Shown here piece after piece: positions 1 to 13,526 of a DNA stretch of 64,000 nucleotides. Within the stretch, counting starts at the first letter, position 1; each line of letters opens with the position of its first letter. The translations under genes were made by a program, and so were the position numbers. The notes under the pieces were generated by a model. The model was not told the DNA's origin. It saw only the letters and a program-made list of their open reading frames with translations, and searched no databases. This DNA comes from Eremomyces bilateralis CBS 781.70. Its lineage: Eukaryota. Where the stretch lies: assembly GCA_010015585.1 (NCBI GenBank), contig ML975150.1. The stretch is one strand, 5' to 3'.

Positions 1-770
1 AGAGATGAGAACTTTGGCTTTGAAGTCGGCAAGTAGTCGGATTGACTGCCTTCACCTGCGGTTCACTGCATCCCGTTTGTACACAGTACATATCTTGCAT
101 GTAGCTGTGGGGATCTGCGGTGGTGGCGTTCTGGGAAGCGGGGACAGCGGGAGGACCGAGTCACCAAGAGCGCGAACGGATGTCTGCAGTGGTGTCGTTT
201 TGCAAGCAATTTCCCCTCAGAGAATGAATGTCATTTGTCAAAGGAAGGAACTGTTATGAAGACGAGGATTCGTCCTGATGTGCAACGTCGTCATAACGGT
301 TGAGAATCGAAATTAGATCGTGATGTTGTCCAGTTGGCCTTGCATCAACCTGCAACGTCTACGGGTGTCGCGCATCGCGTCGGCGTGGAGCAGAGAGGAT
401 CCGCCACGATTGAGACACGCTATCACGTGATCCGATTAACGGTCTACCTGAACCTCACTTCATCTTCATCAGTACTTTGGACAAGCATACAACTAGAGAT
501 TATTTCTCAGACCCTGGGGGTAATTATCACAATCAGACGACGGCATAGTCTCATGGTTTAGGACTGGCAGGTGGGGATCGTAGCACTTGATGCTTACTAA
601 CATTTACTCATGCGGAGTCCTTCAGCTGGAGCCGGAAACAGTTTCGAAAGCACCCACTTATACTGATCTTTCTTATATCGGGACGTTGCTCCTCACAGTC
701 CACAGATACAACATTAATAAGCTGGTCCTGTTCCCCTCCAACTATTTGCGAATGATCGTAGGCCTAGTCG

Positions 771-2327
771 ATGCGTTTATTGATCCAGCCTATCCTACCC
801 AAACTCAAAGGAGGCAATCGTTCCTTCAACAATCTTCGAAATCATCTATCTAGATCTTGTTCGACCATGTCTCGGGCACCGTATGATGCGGTCATCATCG
901 GCTCTGGGCAGTCAGGGAATCCATTGGCAAAGGCCTTCGCGGATACCGGACGAAAGACGGCCTTGATTGAGAAGGCGGACATAGGAGGAACATGTGTGAA
1001 CTGGGGCTGCACCCCAACGAAGACCATGATTGCATCAGGAAGAGCAGCATACTTGGCCAGGCGAGGAGCGAACTACGGTGTCAATGCCGGCAAGAATGTC
1101 AATTCTGACGTCTTGGTCGACATGGAAAGAGTCCGGGAACGCAAGAGAGATATCGTAGCGAGCTTCAGCGGAGGGAATGAAAGTCGATTGCTGGAAGCAG
1201 GAGTGGATGTTTTAAAAGGAGAAGCTAGGTTCACGGGGCCGAAGTCGCTCACTGTGAGGATGAACGATGGTGGCGACAAGGAGGTCACAAGCGATCTGAT
1301 CTTCATCAACGTGGGAGAGCGGCCGTCGAGACCAGATCTGTCAGGTATTGATAGCATTCCGCCTGAGCGAGTGCTAGATTCGACAACCATCATGGAGCTT
1401 GGCTCGGTACCAGAGCATCTGATCGTACTTGGCGGCGGCTACATTGGATTGGAATTCGGACAATTATTCCGTCGATTTGGTTCGAAGATTACGATCATCC
1501 AACGGGCGGAACGTCTTATACCTCGAGAAGACCCGGATGTCTCGAAGTGCATGTTGGATATCCTGGAAGAAGATGGAACCTGTGTCTACCTATCGAGCCA
1601 GCCCAACTCCATATCGCGTACAAAGAATGAGGCTTTGCCAGTTTCATTGAGCATCAAATTTACTGACGGCAGGACGAAAACCATCGAAGGTTCGCATTTG
1701 CTCCTTGCTGCGGGTCGAACTCCCAACACGGACACGCTCAACTTGACTGCTGCCGGGGTCACTACTTCTCCCCGCGGCCATGTTCTCGTCCACGATGACC
1801 TTTCTACCCATGTTCCAGGCATATTTGCAATCGGCGACGCCAAGGGTGGCCCTGCCTTCACTCACATATCCTACGACGACTTCCGCATCATTCGCTCCAA
1901 CCATATTCCATCCGCCATGTCACCAACGGCGCGGAGGCTGTCGACAACGAAGGTGTCATCGTCGCGAAGGCTGACCCCGTACGTGATCTATACCGATCCA
2001 CAAGTGGGACACGTTGGCATTCATGCGTCGGATGCTACGACTGCGCCGTATCAGAATCGGAAGGTCAAGACGGCTTCAATGCCGGCGGAATACGTTGCTC
2101 GTGGGCTGGAGACGGATGAGACTCGCGGCATGCTGAAGGCGACTGTGGATGCGGATACAGGGGAGATCTTGGGATTCACGGCCGTATGCACGGAAGGGGG
2201 GGAACTGATGGCCGTTGTCCAGACCGCAATGATGGGCGGACTAAAGTATTGGGACTTGCAGGAAGCGGTCTGGGCTCATCCGAGCTGGGCCGAAAGTTTG
2301 AACAACCTCTGGGCATCCTTGGAGTGA
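771..2327 (+). CDS. Pyridine nucleotide-disulfide oxidoreductase (class I flavoprotein disulfide reductase, MerA/LPD-like), intronless; second in-frame ATG at 867
   Basis: GSGQSG FAD-binding motif, redox-active GGTCVNWGCTPTK, GGGYIGLE NAD(P) motif, AIGD, C-terminal HPSWAE; no C-terminal Cys-Cys pair as in true MerA. Confidence 0.9.
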   Translation: MRLLIQPILPKLKGGNRSFNNLRNHLSRSCSTMSRAPYDAVIIGSGQSGNPLAKAFADTGRKTALIEKADIGGTCVNWGCTPTKTMIASGRAAYLARRGANYGVNAGKNVNSDVLVDMERVRERKRDIVASFSGGNESRLLEAGVDVLKGEARFTGPKSLTVRMNDGGDKEVTSDLIFINVGERPSRPDLSGIDSIPPERVLDSTTIMELGSVPEHLIVLGGGYIGLEFGQLFRRFGSKITIIQRAERLIPREDPDVSKCMLDILEEDGTCVYLSSQPNSISRTKNEALPVSLSIKFTDGRTKTIEGSHLLLAAGRTPNTDTLNLTAAGVTTSPRGHVLVHDDLSTHVPGIFAIGDAKGGPAFTHISYDDFRIIRSNHIPSAMSPTARRLSTTKVSSSRRLTPYVIYTDPQVGHVGIHASDATTAPYQNRKVKTASMPAEYVARGLETDETRGMLKATVDADTGEILGFTAVCTEGGELMAVVQTAMMGGLKYWDLQEAVWAHPSWAESLNNLWASLE

Positions 2328-2472
2328 ACATATTGACCAACAAGAAGGGTTGAATTCTAAGTCAAGCGTGATCTTGTCCGTGGTATCCCGTGAAAAGGAA
2401 AAAAGCGCCTAGATAATGCCGCAATCTACCCAGAAACGCCGAAAGATATGCGAGTCTCGTCAGTCATGCAGA

Positions 2473-3873
2473 TTACTCCTCCGTCGCCAAAACCATCTTC
2501 TCTCTCTCGCTCCGTCTCTTCGTCTTCGATTTCATCCGCGAACTTCTCCTCTCGTTTTCTTCCCGGCGCTTGATCGAGCCTAGCTCCTCCCGCTTGATCG
2601 TCTCCGCCCGCTTCACCTGCTTGGGCAGGTGACGATGCCGTGCGATTCTTCGAATCTCGGGCATGTGCTTGTACCGCTCCTTCAGCGCGTCGTCATATTC
2701 GAGCTTCTCTCGCTCACGGGCCGACTTGACGCCCTGTCGCGCAGATGCCTTGGCCCGCCACAGTCGTACGTTGCCGTCGTCACTGCCAGAGAGGACATAG
2801 GCATTGTCCGGAACATAGGCCACGCTGAATACGCGCTGCATGCGCTTCGTGTGGTACATATCTCGGCTGTGGCCCTTACTACGATCCCAGAGGCGGACGC
2901 TTCGATCATAGCTCCCAGACACGAGCTCCTCGCCTGTAGGCGAGAATGCCACACTCATAGCTGCGGCAACATGGCCCTTGAGTACGTTGAGGGCCCGACT
3001 CATTTTTCGCATGTCGAAGATGTAGATGTTGTGGTCTTCGGAGGCGGTGGCGAAGTTGAAAGCCTCCATCGGGTTCCATGCAATGCTGTTGCTTGCGAAA
3101 CTTAGAACGGTTCGGTGTAGCGGAGAACCCGTGCGAAGGTCGTAGAGGATTATGGATCGATCGGTGCCAGCGCTGGCGAGAATGGATGTTTCGGTTTGAT
3201 TGAAGGCGCAGGTGGTGATCGTGTCCACCGTCGAGGGCCAGACCAGGGTTTGACTCGGGGAAGAGCTTTCTCTGCTGTAATCGTAGATGGAGATCTGTCC
3301 CGACGAAACAGCCACAGCAGGGAGGCTTCTATGATGTGATATGGAAGTAAAGGCGCCTTGTCCTTGGTAGATCGCAGTCGGCCCTGGGCGACCCTCCGAG
3401 CCGTAGGGGTCGAACATCTTGACCGTTCGATCCGTTCCACAAGTGAGCATTTTGCGATCGCGAGTCCACGCGATTCCCTTCACGATGTTATCGTGTGCCT
3501 TGCATTGCCATATCTCCTCCCTGCTAGGAAGATCCCAGACTTTCACCACGCCATCGCCGCTCCCACTGGCAAGACGTTCCAAAGAGCCCGGGTCTTGCGC
3601 CATGCTGTAGACGCCATCGACATGGCCTTTTCCCAGCTGGCCCAAGAAGGGCGCAGCGAACATGCGCTCTAACTTGGTCGCATTGAGAGCGCGGGTATAC
3701 TCTCTTGCCCGCTCAAATGGGTGCAGAGAAGGATCGAGGTTTCTGAGGAGTCGGGGAGTGGAGGAGCCGGGAGGCTGTAGCGCCTCTGTTGAGCGCGAGA
3801 GCGCCTTTATCTTCTGTGGTATCAAATAGGTAAGTACTGCGCATGTTATCCAATGTCAATAATTACGTACCAT
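2473..3873 (-). CDS. SOF1: U3 snoRNP / 18S rRNA processing WD40 protein Sof1 (DCAF13); exons 3873-3871 and 3813-2473
   Basis: Spliced N-terminus M|KIKALSR (intron 3870-3814, GTACGT...CAG); HPFERAREYTRALNATKLERMFA, WD40 repeats, YHTKRMQRVF, IRRIARHRHLPK. Confidence 0.95.
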
Positions 3874-4054
3874 GCCTTAAATTCTGGGTGCATTAGGATA
3901 CACGTATGTTGAGACTGCATTCACTGATGCATTTTTGGACATGCATGGAATTTTTTGGAGGGGACGTCGAAATCTTGGCATCTGGAGGTCAAGGGGCTTG
4001 GCATTGACAATTTTGACAAGACGGAGAAGGTCACGGGATAAGAATCAAAATACC

Positions 4055-4073
4055 CACGTGAGTAGTCACGTGA
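4055..4073. promoter_or_regulatory. Two E-boxes (CACGTG; GTCACGTGA, Cbf1-type) in the divergent promoter between SOF1 and the coiled-coil gene
   Basis: CACGTG at 4055-4060 and GTCACGTGA at 4065-4073, about 190 bp upstream of the SOF1 ATG; function inferred. Confidence 0.4.
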
Positions 4074-4459
4074 TTGTACCTTAAGGATCAGGTGACCTCC
4101 AAGCATCACCGTAGCAACGGCCGTGCGTCACAACAGACGTCGTCACCATCAACTCCACCCACTGACACGCGACGAGAAGGATGAGACTGTTGACAACCCT
4201 GCTCTCCCATATCACCACCTCCGCCTCGACCTACTCTAGCTTCACTTCATATTAAGACACAAATCTCCAACGCTGCTTGATCCCTTTCCCTTTCTCCATT
4301 TCGAACCTCATCTCAACCATAAACATACCCTCGATCAAACTATGACAACATAATCGCCCCCCTGTCCACCGATATCGAAAACACGCATTCCGGCCGCTGT
4401 CACTGGGCGACGAGCCTACATTCTCCAAAATCACTTTTCGAACTGACGAATTGAATACC

Positions 4460-7400
4460 ATGCCTGCTGAAAGCAGGGAACCATCTCGCGATCGAGACCA
4501 GGTGGTGAAATACCATCACCAGCATTCCTATTCCGAGTCGGGCCGCGCCTCAGTCCCAATGTGAGTCCCTTCGCAGCTCATCTCAATCGTCAGCACTTTT
4601 CACGCGCAGTAAACGCACATCGCATATCTCCTGGGCCCATGCCGCTAACGAGTTTTCTGAAAATTTCAGGTGGGATAGTAGCGATCCAGACCGAGCTCCA
4701 CCTCCGCTCCCACTCAACCCATCATCCCCTCAGCTTCCGAACCCGCGCATCAACCCAGCATCCCATATCGCAGCAGCAACTGCTGCACTTCAAGAGAAGG
4801 CCCGAGAAGGCCTCGCGCCAATGACGTCCAACTACATCACAAATGGCGCCCCGTCCGATGGGAGCAAATCCCCCGAGCGCTCTCTGGTCAAAGGCGCCCA
4901 GCACCGAAGACTCCAATCCTTGCAAACCCCGAGCGTAAAGGATCTCCGGAGTTACTTGGATGGTAGCCGTTCGCCTGAGCGATCTCCCGACCGTGCGACC
5001 GGTCGGGCGGGTACGCCGTCTTTTAGTCGCGATGACAGAGACCTTTCGTCTCCGGACAAGAGTCGAGAGAGCACTCCAACTCCAACGAGCCGGGAACTAT
5101 TGAGGGATTCGATCCCGAACTTACGACCGACGTCGCGGAGCCCGCCTAAAGCCATACTTGGCGAGCACACTCCTCCTAGCGCGACGATGCTTGCACTTCA
5201 AACCATACCCGGTCGAGACCCCGATACGCCACTCGCAAATATGACGAGGGAGTCTGAGCACACTCCTGCGTCGGCCGCAAGTGCATCAACACCCCGAGCT
5301 ACTCACGGAGCACCCCAGGTCCCAATCGAGTCAATTAGCACCCAGATATTGGGTCTGACAACCATTGCCACGAAACTCCAACGAGAGATGGAGCAGCTCA
5401 GTCGAAGAAGTCGGGATAATGCGACAGATCTGGTCGCACTCAAAGACGCGACCAGGAGCCGGGATGAGGACATCAGAAAGTCTCTCCGCGAGCTGGTACA
5501 AAACCTTCCCTCGTCGAAGCTCTCACTTCCCGATCAGATCCCCACCGGAAATGCGAGCCGCAGCGGCAGCTTTGGCGTTTCCACTCCGCCACCTGCAGGA
5601 GCTCCAAAGTTCACCCTCCCACGAATCCCTTCCCCTGCCTCTTTTCTCTCCGATGACCGATCGGGTAGTCCTAATCCATTTAGTCTTGAAGGCGCAGCAT
5701 CGGTTGCAATGCTGGAGAAGATCATCCGTGAGATGGTGACAAAGGAAGGTCAGGAACGGCTTCTTGCGACACTCAGCCAACTCTTCGATAAATCAAGCAA
5801 AGAGAGTGGCGATACAGCGCGCAAAGTCGAGCAACTCACTGAGTTTATCCGACAGTCTTCTTCACAAGCTCTTGTTACGCGAGGAAGGAGCCCGACCGTT
5901 GCAGGTGCGACCTCATCCGATGCATCTAAGCTTTCACTGAACTTCGATACCGGTGCGGTCGCCGCTCGTGGCGGATTTGAGGATGTAGTACCTTCAGATG
6001 GCACCAGATCATTCACTGACGCGAACGCAAAAGAATTCGTTTCCGACGAAGTCATGAAGATATTACGAAAGATCAAGGACAGCGTCGGTAATACCGGTGG
6101 TCTCGTGGCCGAAGTCAAAGCACAACAACGAGACCTGCGCGGAGAAGTGCTGCATATGGGCCGGGATCTCATGCGTCGCATTGACGAAGCAATGAAGCCT
6201 GCCAGTGCTGCGAACGGCCCATTGAAAGCGATCGAAGATGGACGAGAGGCCGAAAAGATCGATATTGCGCGCCTAGTTCAGGAAGGCCTAGAGGAAGTGA
6301 AGAGTCGCCTGGACGATGCCATGCGTGAACGACGGCGGCAGAGCTCGAGCAGTATCGTTTCGCGAACCACGGTCGATTCCCGCGAGGTATACGACGTGGT
6401 GAAGCACGCGCTCGCCGAACGTGATCTTGACCGAGGGTATGGTGCTCCTGTTCAAGCTCAGTCGGAGCAGCAGCCGCTGGATAGGGAAGCCATTCTGGAG
6501 GCGGTTAAAGAAGCCTATGAGGCCTACAAGCCGGAGATAGAATTGCAGCAATTCGGACTGGAGCGAGACGAAATCCTACAGTGTCTCAAAGATGGACTGG
6601 AGGACTACCGTTCCAACATGACCAATCCCCGAGAGCGCAACGGGATCTCGAAAGACGAAGTCATGGACGCCGTTCATGAAGCAATGACGCATTTCAATCC
6701 ACCCTCACCGATAAACGAGTCCAAAGAAATACGCGATGAAGTTCTGCTGGCGGTTCGAGAATGCCTAGATGAGCTCCGACCGGCGTTCCAACAACGAGCG
6801 ATGACATACCATGACACGGATGCTACCAAGGATGCCGTGCTTGATGCGGTCAAAGAAGGACTTGCCTCGCATGGCATCGGTGGAGCTCGAGAGCTCGAGC
6901 TAAACAAAGACGATCTATTCGATGCAGTTCGAGCCGGACTCGAAGCTTCCGGAAATCCATTCGGAGAATACGGACAGCAGGTCGTCAAGCAGCTTGATGA
7001 GCTCCTTCAGGATATGAGAGTGGAGTTCAAGTCATATTCGATGGCCAGCGGGCGAGATACCGAGCAAGTCCTTGACGCGATGAAGGATGGTCTCGAGTCG
7101 CTTCGCGGTGAGATCGAAGCCTACGTTGATCGCTCTCAAGATGTTACCGGGAAGGATGAGATCATCGACACTGTTCGTGGAGGGCTCGAAAATCTGCGGC
7201 AAGATGTACAGGGCTACGTGTCCGAAGGTCCTCAAGGCGACCACGCCGTGAGCGGCAGGGAAATGCTCAATTATGTGAGAAGGGAGTTCGAGCATCTTCA
7301 CGCGGCCATTACGGACGGGTTTACCTCAGTGGACCATCACTCTCTCTTGCAAACTCTTCACCAAGGTCTCGCCGACCTTAAGAGCTCCGGAGGGGCACGA

Positions 7401-10400
7401 GGCCTCGATGGGGAGGCTAATATCGACAGCAGCTCGCTCAAAAATATCCAAGAAGAGCTCGGTCATCTACGCGGGAGCATCGCGACCGCCCTCATTCGAT
7501 CAGGCAGCGCCGATAAGGACGACATAATCGATTCATTCCAATCCTCCTTGGAAACTCTTCGGACCCAGTTAGAGACATCCCAGGGCGCGTCCGCGAAAGA
7601 GAGCCTAGATGCCATTACCATGGAGATTGACCAGCTGCGGTCCGGCATTACCAATGCGGTCGTCGGCGCAGGAACAGATGTGGACAAGGAGTCCATCCTC
7701 GAGGCTATTCGAACCGGACTTGAAGAAATTCGCCCAGCTCTAGGTGGTGGGGCCAGCGATGAGCTCCTCGAGGCATTCCGGGGTGAATTTGAACATGTTC
7801 GCGCCAGCATTGCGACGGGTATGGCTCGGACAGCTTCAAGGGCGGACACCGACGAGGTTCTTGATGCAGTGCGCCTCGGGATCGATGACCTTCGAAGCCA
7901 CCTCGAGAAGAAGATGGACAATCCCGAGGCACAAATGAAAGCAACCGGTGATATTCTGGATGCTTTGAATGATGGCTTGGATTCCCTCAAGACCGACGTT
8001 GGAAAGATGGTTGACAAGCCGGTCGACATGACTGTGAGCTATGAGATCTTGGACACGCTGAAGGATGGGTTATCTGCCATCCATATGGAGATTAGCAAGC
8101 TCAAACCGGGAGATGTCAAGTCGAAGTCAGGGGATGAGATCATTCTTGCGGAGGAAGAGATCACACGAGACGTATCTGGCGGCGAGGTGTCATCCACCGT
8201 CCTGCAGCGAAATGATATCGAGAAGATGGAGGTCCTCCTCGCACAGTTACAGATCAAGGTCGAGGCACTCGACGCAAACATCCAAGATCAGGCTTCCACA
8301 CCCCCCCAACCCGCAGACGACTCCGATACGAAGAAGGTCGATCTGAGCAGTATCGAGGTCTTACTTAAAGATCTCCAGGACTCTGTGGTATCCATTGCTG
8401 CTCGCGAACAACTCGACAATGACAACCTCGCGAAGAAGGAGGACACCGACGCCATCGAGACACTTCTCCGAAACACGAAATCGAAACTCGACGACCTGGC
8501 GGCCCCCGAATTTGACAAGCTGGCTCAAAAGGAGGATCTAGAGAATGTCGAAGCCACTGTCCGAATCGCCCATGAAGCCGTTGACGCCTTAGCAGCGAAG
8601 TTCGACGACAAGACTGCTTCGAAGGAAGATTTGCTTGCGCTCGGAGCCACTATGCAAGATATTAAGGCCGTCATTGAGGAACTCAAAGTGGATCAGGATG
8701 CACCGAAAGAGAAGACCGAAGATGAAGTGACCAAAAAGGACTTGGACATTCTGGGCGTGGTCTGCATTGAGATCAAGAATAAGATTCAAGAGCTGGTTGA
8801 CCCGGAGACCCTGCCATCAAAGGCGGATCTGGAACAGATTATCGGCCTGACCAACGACCTTCGCGAAAGTCATGAAAAGATGAGGGAGGGATATGAGACA
8901 GACATACGAGTCACTGCCAAAGCCTTCGACGACCGCAAGTCCGAATCTCAGGAGATCTTGAACACAATCACTGCGATGAGGTCCTTCCTAGAAGAAACCA
9001 AGGACGACTTGAAACGACAAGTCGAGGATGGCTCGATCTCCGTCGGTATGCTCTCCGAGAATGTCAAAGGTATCGAGGAAACGATCGGCGCGAACTTCAG
9101 CATCGTCACTGATATCAAGGAACTCATGGAAACCGTCACAACTGAATTCGAGAAAACCCATGCCGACTTCGGAAGCCTCCAAGCTAGCCAGGAGCAAGTG
9201 GTCGGCGACGAATGCGAGAAATCTCGTGTTGGTGTTGTCGCGGATCTTTCAAGCAAACTTGAAGAGCATTTCGGTGCGATTACATGCAAGCTGGATGAGG
9301 TTCAAGTCGTTGCAGAGGCACAAGGCCAAACCCTATCCGAGAAAGCGAAAGAACAGGAGGAGATCTTGACGAGCACCAAGGCCATGTCCGACGAATTGCG
9401 AGTCACCATCGACACTCTTGGCGCGACCGTGACGTCGTTGGAGACATCACTCTCAGGCATCACACAGAAGTTCAGCGATGACTCAGAGGCGGTCTTCACC
9501 CGAGTCAACCAAGCTGTCAACAGCATCAACGATACAAACCTCGATGCCAAGGTCGAACACAAGCTGACACGCGACGAAGTCGCCAAAGCGGTGATCACCT
9601 TGGTCGGGCTCCAGTCTGAAATCACCGAGAATCATCCGCAGTTCTTGGTTGCTCTTAAGGAGATCCGGGAGCTGATTTCGACTCATTTCGAGCAATCTCG
9701 CAAGGCGCAGGAGGCGGCAGAAATGTCTGCAAAGGCGATGCTCGAAGAGTCCAAAGTTCATGCCGAGGAACTCAAAAATACCTTTACCTCCCTGCCGGCG
9801 CTCCTACCTCCCGCTTTGCTATCGCCAACTACCGATTCGGCGCCACCACCGTCACTTGGTCCCGTTGAATTCGATGACAGCGCTATCCTTGCGAAACTGG
9901 ATGAAGTGCTTGCTTCAAGGGTGACGGAGTCCCAGGCTGTTGATGTACAAGCTTCACGCCTTGAAGAAATCCAGAAACAGGTGTCCTCAACCGCCGAAGG
10001 CCTCGAGGCGTATATAGCTGCTCAGACTCGACTCATTACCGATGGTCAGGAAACGCGGGAGAAAGAAGCCCAAGAGGCTGTTGCCCTTCTTGAGAAGAGT
10101 TGTGCCGAGAAAGAGAAGGTCGATGCTGAACTGCTCTCCCTGCGCACTGAAAAAGACTCTCTTCTGGCGGTTGTCGAGACGCTGCGGTCCGATAGGGACG
10201 CTCTCGGGGCGCAGAAGTCACGGATGGCGGCAGACGTTGCTTCGCTGGAGACAGCGCTGAGAATTCGACGAGAAGAACTCCATGAGATGGACATTAAGGC
10301 CGATAAGCTTGAGCGCCGGATTCTGGACGGCATCATGGACCATTCCCGATCTCTTCTCATTGCGCGAGATTCTGCAAAGCGACAGGCCGGACAGCACCAT

Positions 10401-11393
10401 CAAACGAGAATGACGACCGCATCCGGGACACGCGTTGCAAGTACTGCATCCCAGAGCACGGTTTCGAGCCTTCCTGTATTCGGCGAGGTCTCTCCCAATG
10501 CCGGCCTCGCCGCTGCTCTTAAGAATCGCCCTGCAGCTAGAGCCCGCCAGCTTGCAGGAAACTCGCAGCGCAACAACCCGACGGCAAGACGGATCGCCAG
10601 TCTGAACCAAATGTCAGGAAAACCTCCGACCGGAAGTCCAGCTTATGTTGGAGCTGCCTCACGGGGTACTGGCGGCGCCGGTAATTCCGATGGCTTGAAG
10701 CGCAGCCACAGTGTGAAGAACTCGTCATATGCACGAAAGAGCAGCTGGAACGGCGGTCGCTTGCTTGGAGACAATGGTGCCGTGATTGAGGAAGCGAACA
10801 AGGAGAACGAAGCCCAAGAAAGCGACGAAGACGCCGATGTTGATTCTCGCATTAGAGATGATGAAACCGCAAGCATGGCTGGCACCGAGCGACGCTTCAG
10901 CAATTCAACAACGACTGGAAGCATAATCACTGGAGCATCTCGCTCAGTCGTATCCGGCACGGATTATGGCGATCGTAGGTCAAGCCACGGGACGGTCACC
11001 GGGGAGAGCGAGCTCACGTATGATACCGGCAGCTACTTGACCGGCTCCATAACCGAGACAGACCGTCGAACCAGTTACGGCTCCACCATTCATTCAACCT
11101 TGGGAGCGGAGTCTCTCTTGGAGGAGGACGAATACGAGGATGAGCTCACATATGCTCCCGAGGAGACAACCGAGACTCAGCCTCAATCGGGAGATGTCAA
11201 AGCGGTCGGAGTCGACGTCACCCAAGCCCTTCCTACGGAGCACGACATCGTGCACCGGAAGGACCTCGTGTTGTTCATGGAGCAGAGTGACAGTGGCCTG
11301 GGGTCCGACATTCACACCGCGGGAGGGTTGAGCGGGAGTGAAACGGACTATTTCAGGCGAGCAATTGAGAGCGCAGCACCGTCGGAGCTGTAA
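4460..11393 (+). CDS. Large fungal coiled-coil protein (about 2270 aa, myosin-tail / 'chromosome segregation ATPase-like' annotation class), function unknown; exons 4460-4560 and 4670-11393
   Basis: 2190-aa ORF extended in frame by intron 4561-4669 (GTGAGT...GCTAAC...CAG), giving PM|WDSSDPDRAPPPLPLNP; repeated helical ILxAVKEGLE units and Ser-rich termini. Confidence 0.85.
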
Positions 11394-12192
11394 ATATTTT
11401 CCGGAGTTCTTATTTTGTCGTCCTTTGGGTATTTTTGGACGGATTGATGAAAGATTGGTGTTGTTTAGGAGTCCAAGAGTGGTGTAGTGTTGGGACTTCA
11501 AGGGAATGGATGGTAGTCTATGATTCTAATTCCTTTTGAAATGGTGTAGTACGAGTTAAGTTGTCCTACAAATTTTATGTATTCCAGTCAATGCGATGTA
11601 GTTTTGTCTTGAAGCCAGTATTTTCCTCCGCGGTGCATTTTGTGAGGCATTTCCATCGTCTTCCTAGTGACGGCGTTGGTGATTGGAAATACAGATATCC
11701 CCATTGGTCAATAGCGTTTTTATCTATCAACACTTCACATTCGAATGGTATAATGCGCCGCAGAATCTGGGACATTATTCATGAGTTCTTGAGGGTCTAG
11801 AGCTGCCGTTCCTTGAGATGAGTACATGGACTATGAAGGTGGATTTCGCAGTTCTTACTCTGCTTTCCGAAGGTCTGATTAGTCTCCGCTCCAGCTAACC
11901 TAAAGATGGGGACTCCGGCTAGACTCGAGCGGGGAATTTTACGCTTTCTGTAGCTCATACCTAGGAATGTGATACTTTTACCGCTTTGGGTCAAGGTCTC
12001 CTATCTATGCCCTACTGGTATTCGGTCGCGATATGGTCCTCAGACATTACAAGTTTCCATCAGGGTCTTCAGGGCACTTACTTATATATGCGCCTGTGCT
12101 TGCTAACCTCAAGAACATATAACTTGGAGTGCCTTTATTTTCATTGCCGCAGACGTAGATTATCTCTGAATTAGATCGCAACGGCTGCCAAG

Positions 12193-13325
12193 ATGAGGAT
12201 AAAATCTGTATGTCGACCATAATTGGAAGATATGCTATCGTCATACTGACGATAGAACCGACAAGCTCTACCTATACCCGATCAAGTCCCTCAGGGGCAT
12301 TTCTATTGATGAAGCACTTGCCACAAGACTTGGATTTCCCCACGATCGTTCATTCATGTTGCTGAAGGTCATCTCTGGGGTGGATGGAGCGGCAGACTCC
12401 ACGAAAACGATGCATGTTCCACACTTTCCGGAGATGTCGCTCTTCATCACCTCTCTGGAAGCAACAGGAGACGGTACGACTGAAATCGTCGTAGACTATA
12501 GACCTCCCGGAAAGTCTTCGAAACAGTTGAGGGTACCACTAGAACCCGACGTGTCCGAACTCGGTTCACTTCATGTCCGGATGTGGAACACGTCGACGCC
12601 AGCATACAACATGGGAGAAACCTTTAATTCCTGGTTCGGCGAATGCTTTGGGTTTCCCGTCATTTTCGCCTACATTGGCGACAATTCCCGGGATGTTCTC
12701 ATGAAAACGTCGAATCCAGATGCGCCCAAGTCGTGGCTCTCGCGTGTTACGTCGGCAGTTGGGATTACTGGCGAGCCCGTGGAGAAGCTCACATTTCAAG
12801 ATTGCGCTTCCTACCTCGTCGTGTCCGACACGTCGGTGCAGAACGTATCTCAAAGGCTTCCGGATGGTGTGGTCATGGACGAGACGAAATTTCGGCCGAA
12901 CATTGTCATCGAAGGGGCACCCGAGCCGTTCGAAGAGGATTTCTGGGGCGAGATCACAGTTTCGGGCGATTCCTCGACCACCTCTGCGGCGACGGCGGTT
13001 GTGAGATTGCCTCAGAATTGCGTTCGGTGCAAGAGCCTCAACATCGACTACGGTACTGGTAAGATGGGGACTGGGGAGGAAGGTCAGGTTTTGAAGAAGT
13101 TGCAGAAAGATCGACGGGTCGACGGGTCGAAAAAGTACAGTCCAGTCTTTGGGAGATACGGCTATTTAGAAAGGAACTCTGGGGGAATAATCAAGGTCGG
13201 CGACGAGGTGTCGGTCACGCTTCGAAATCAGACGAGGACGGGAATGGGTAATTTCCAGTTCCATTTCCACATGTCAACATTAGCTAACCGTGCTCTTAGA
13301 TTGGCCTATGGCCGAGTTCACATAG
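12193..13325 (+). CDS. MOSC-domain protein (mARC/YcbX-like); exons 12193-12207, 12266-13247, 13300-13325
   Basis: MRIKS|LYLYPIKSLRG, GFPHDRSFML, FQDCASYLVVS, KFRPNIVIEG, FEEDFW, NCVRCKSLNID; GT-AG introns with branch points. Confidence 0.9.
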
Positions 13326-13526
13326 ACCTGTGTTCTGAAGCCCACGATTTTCAGAAACCATTCCACCCTGTTGATCATTCTCAGTGTCCCGGTTTTAAGT
13401 GCCATCCTGCTTCCGGTAATCATCAATCAAACTGAGCCTCGCCTTCAGTTGCCTCTGTAGGGCAAACACATTCATCGGCGGCGTAGTCTCGTCCGGCGCT
13501 ATTCGTCCCATTAGCATCGTGCTCAT

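Noticed and set aside
771..2327. True mercuric reductase MerA or RclA
   Set aside because: No NmerA domain or C-terminal Cys-Cys, and no His after the CxPTK motif as I recall for RclA
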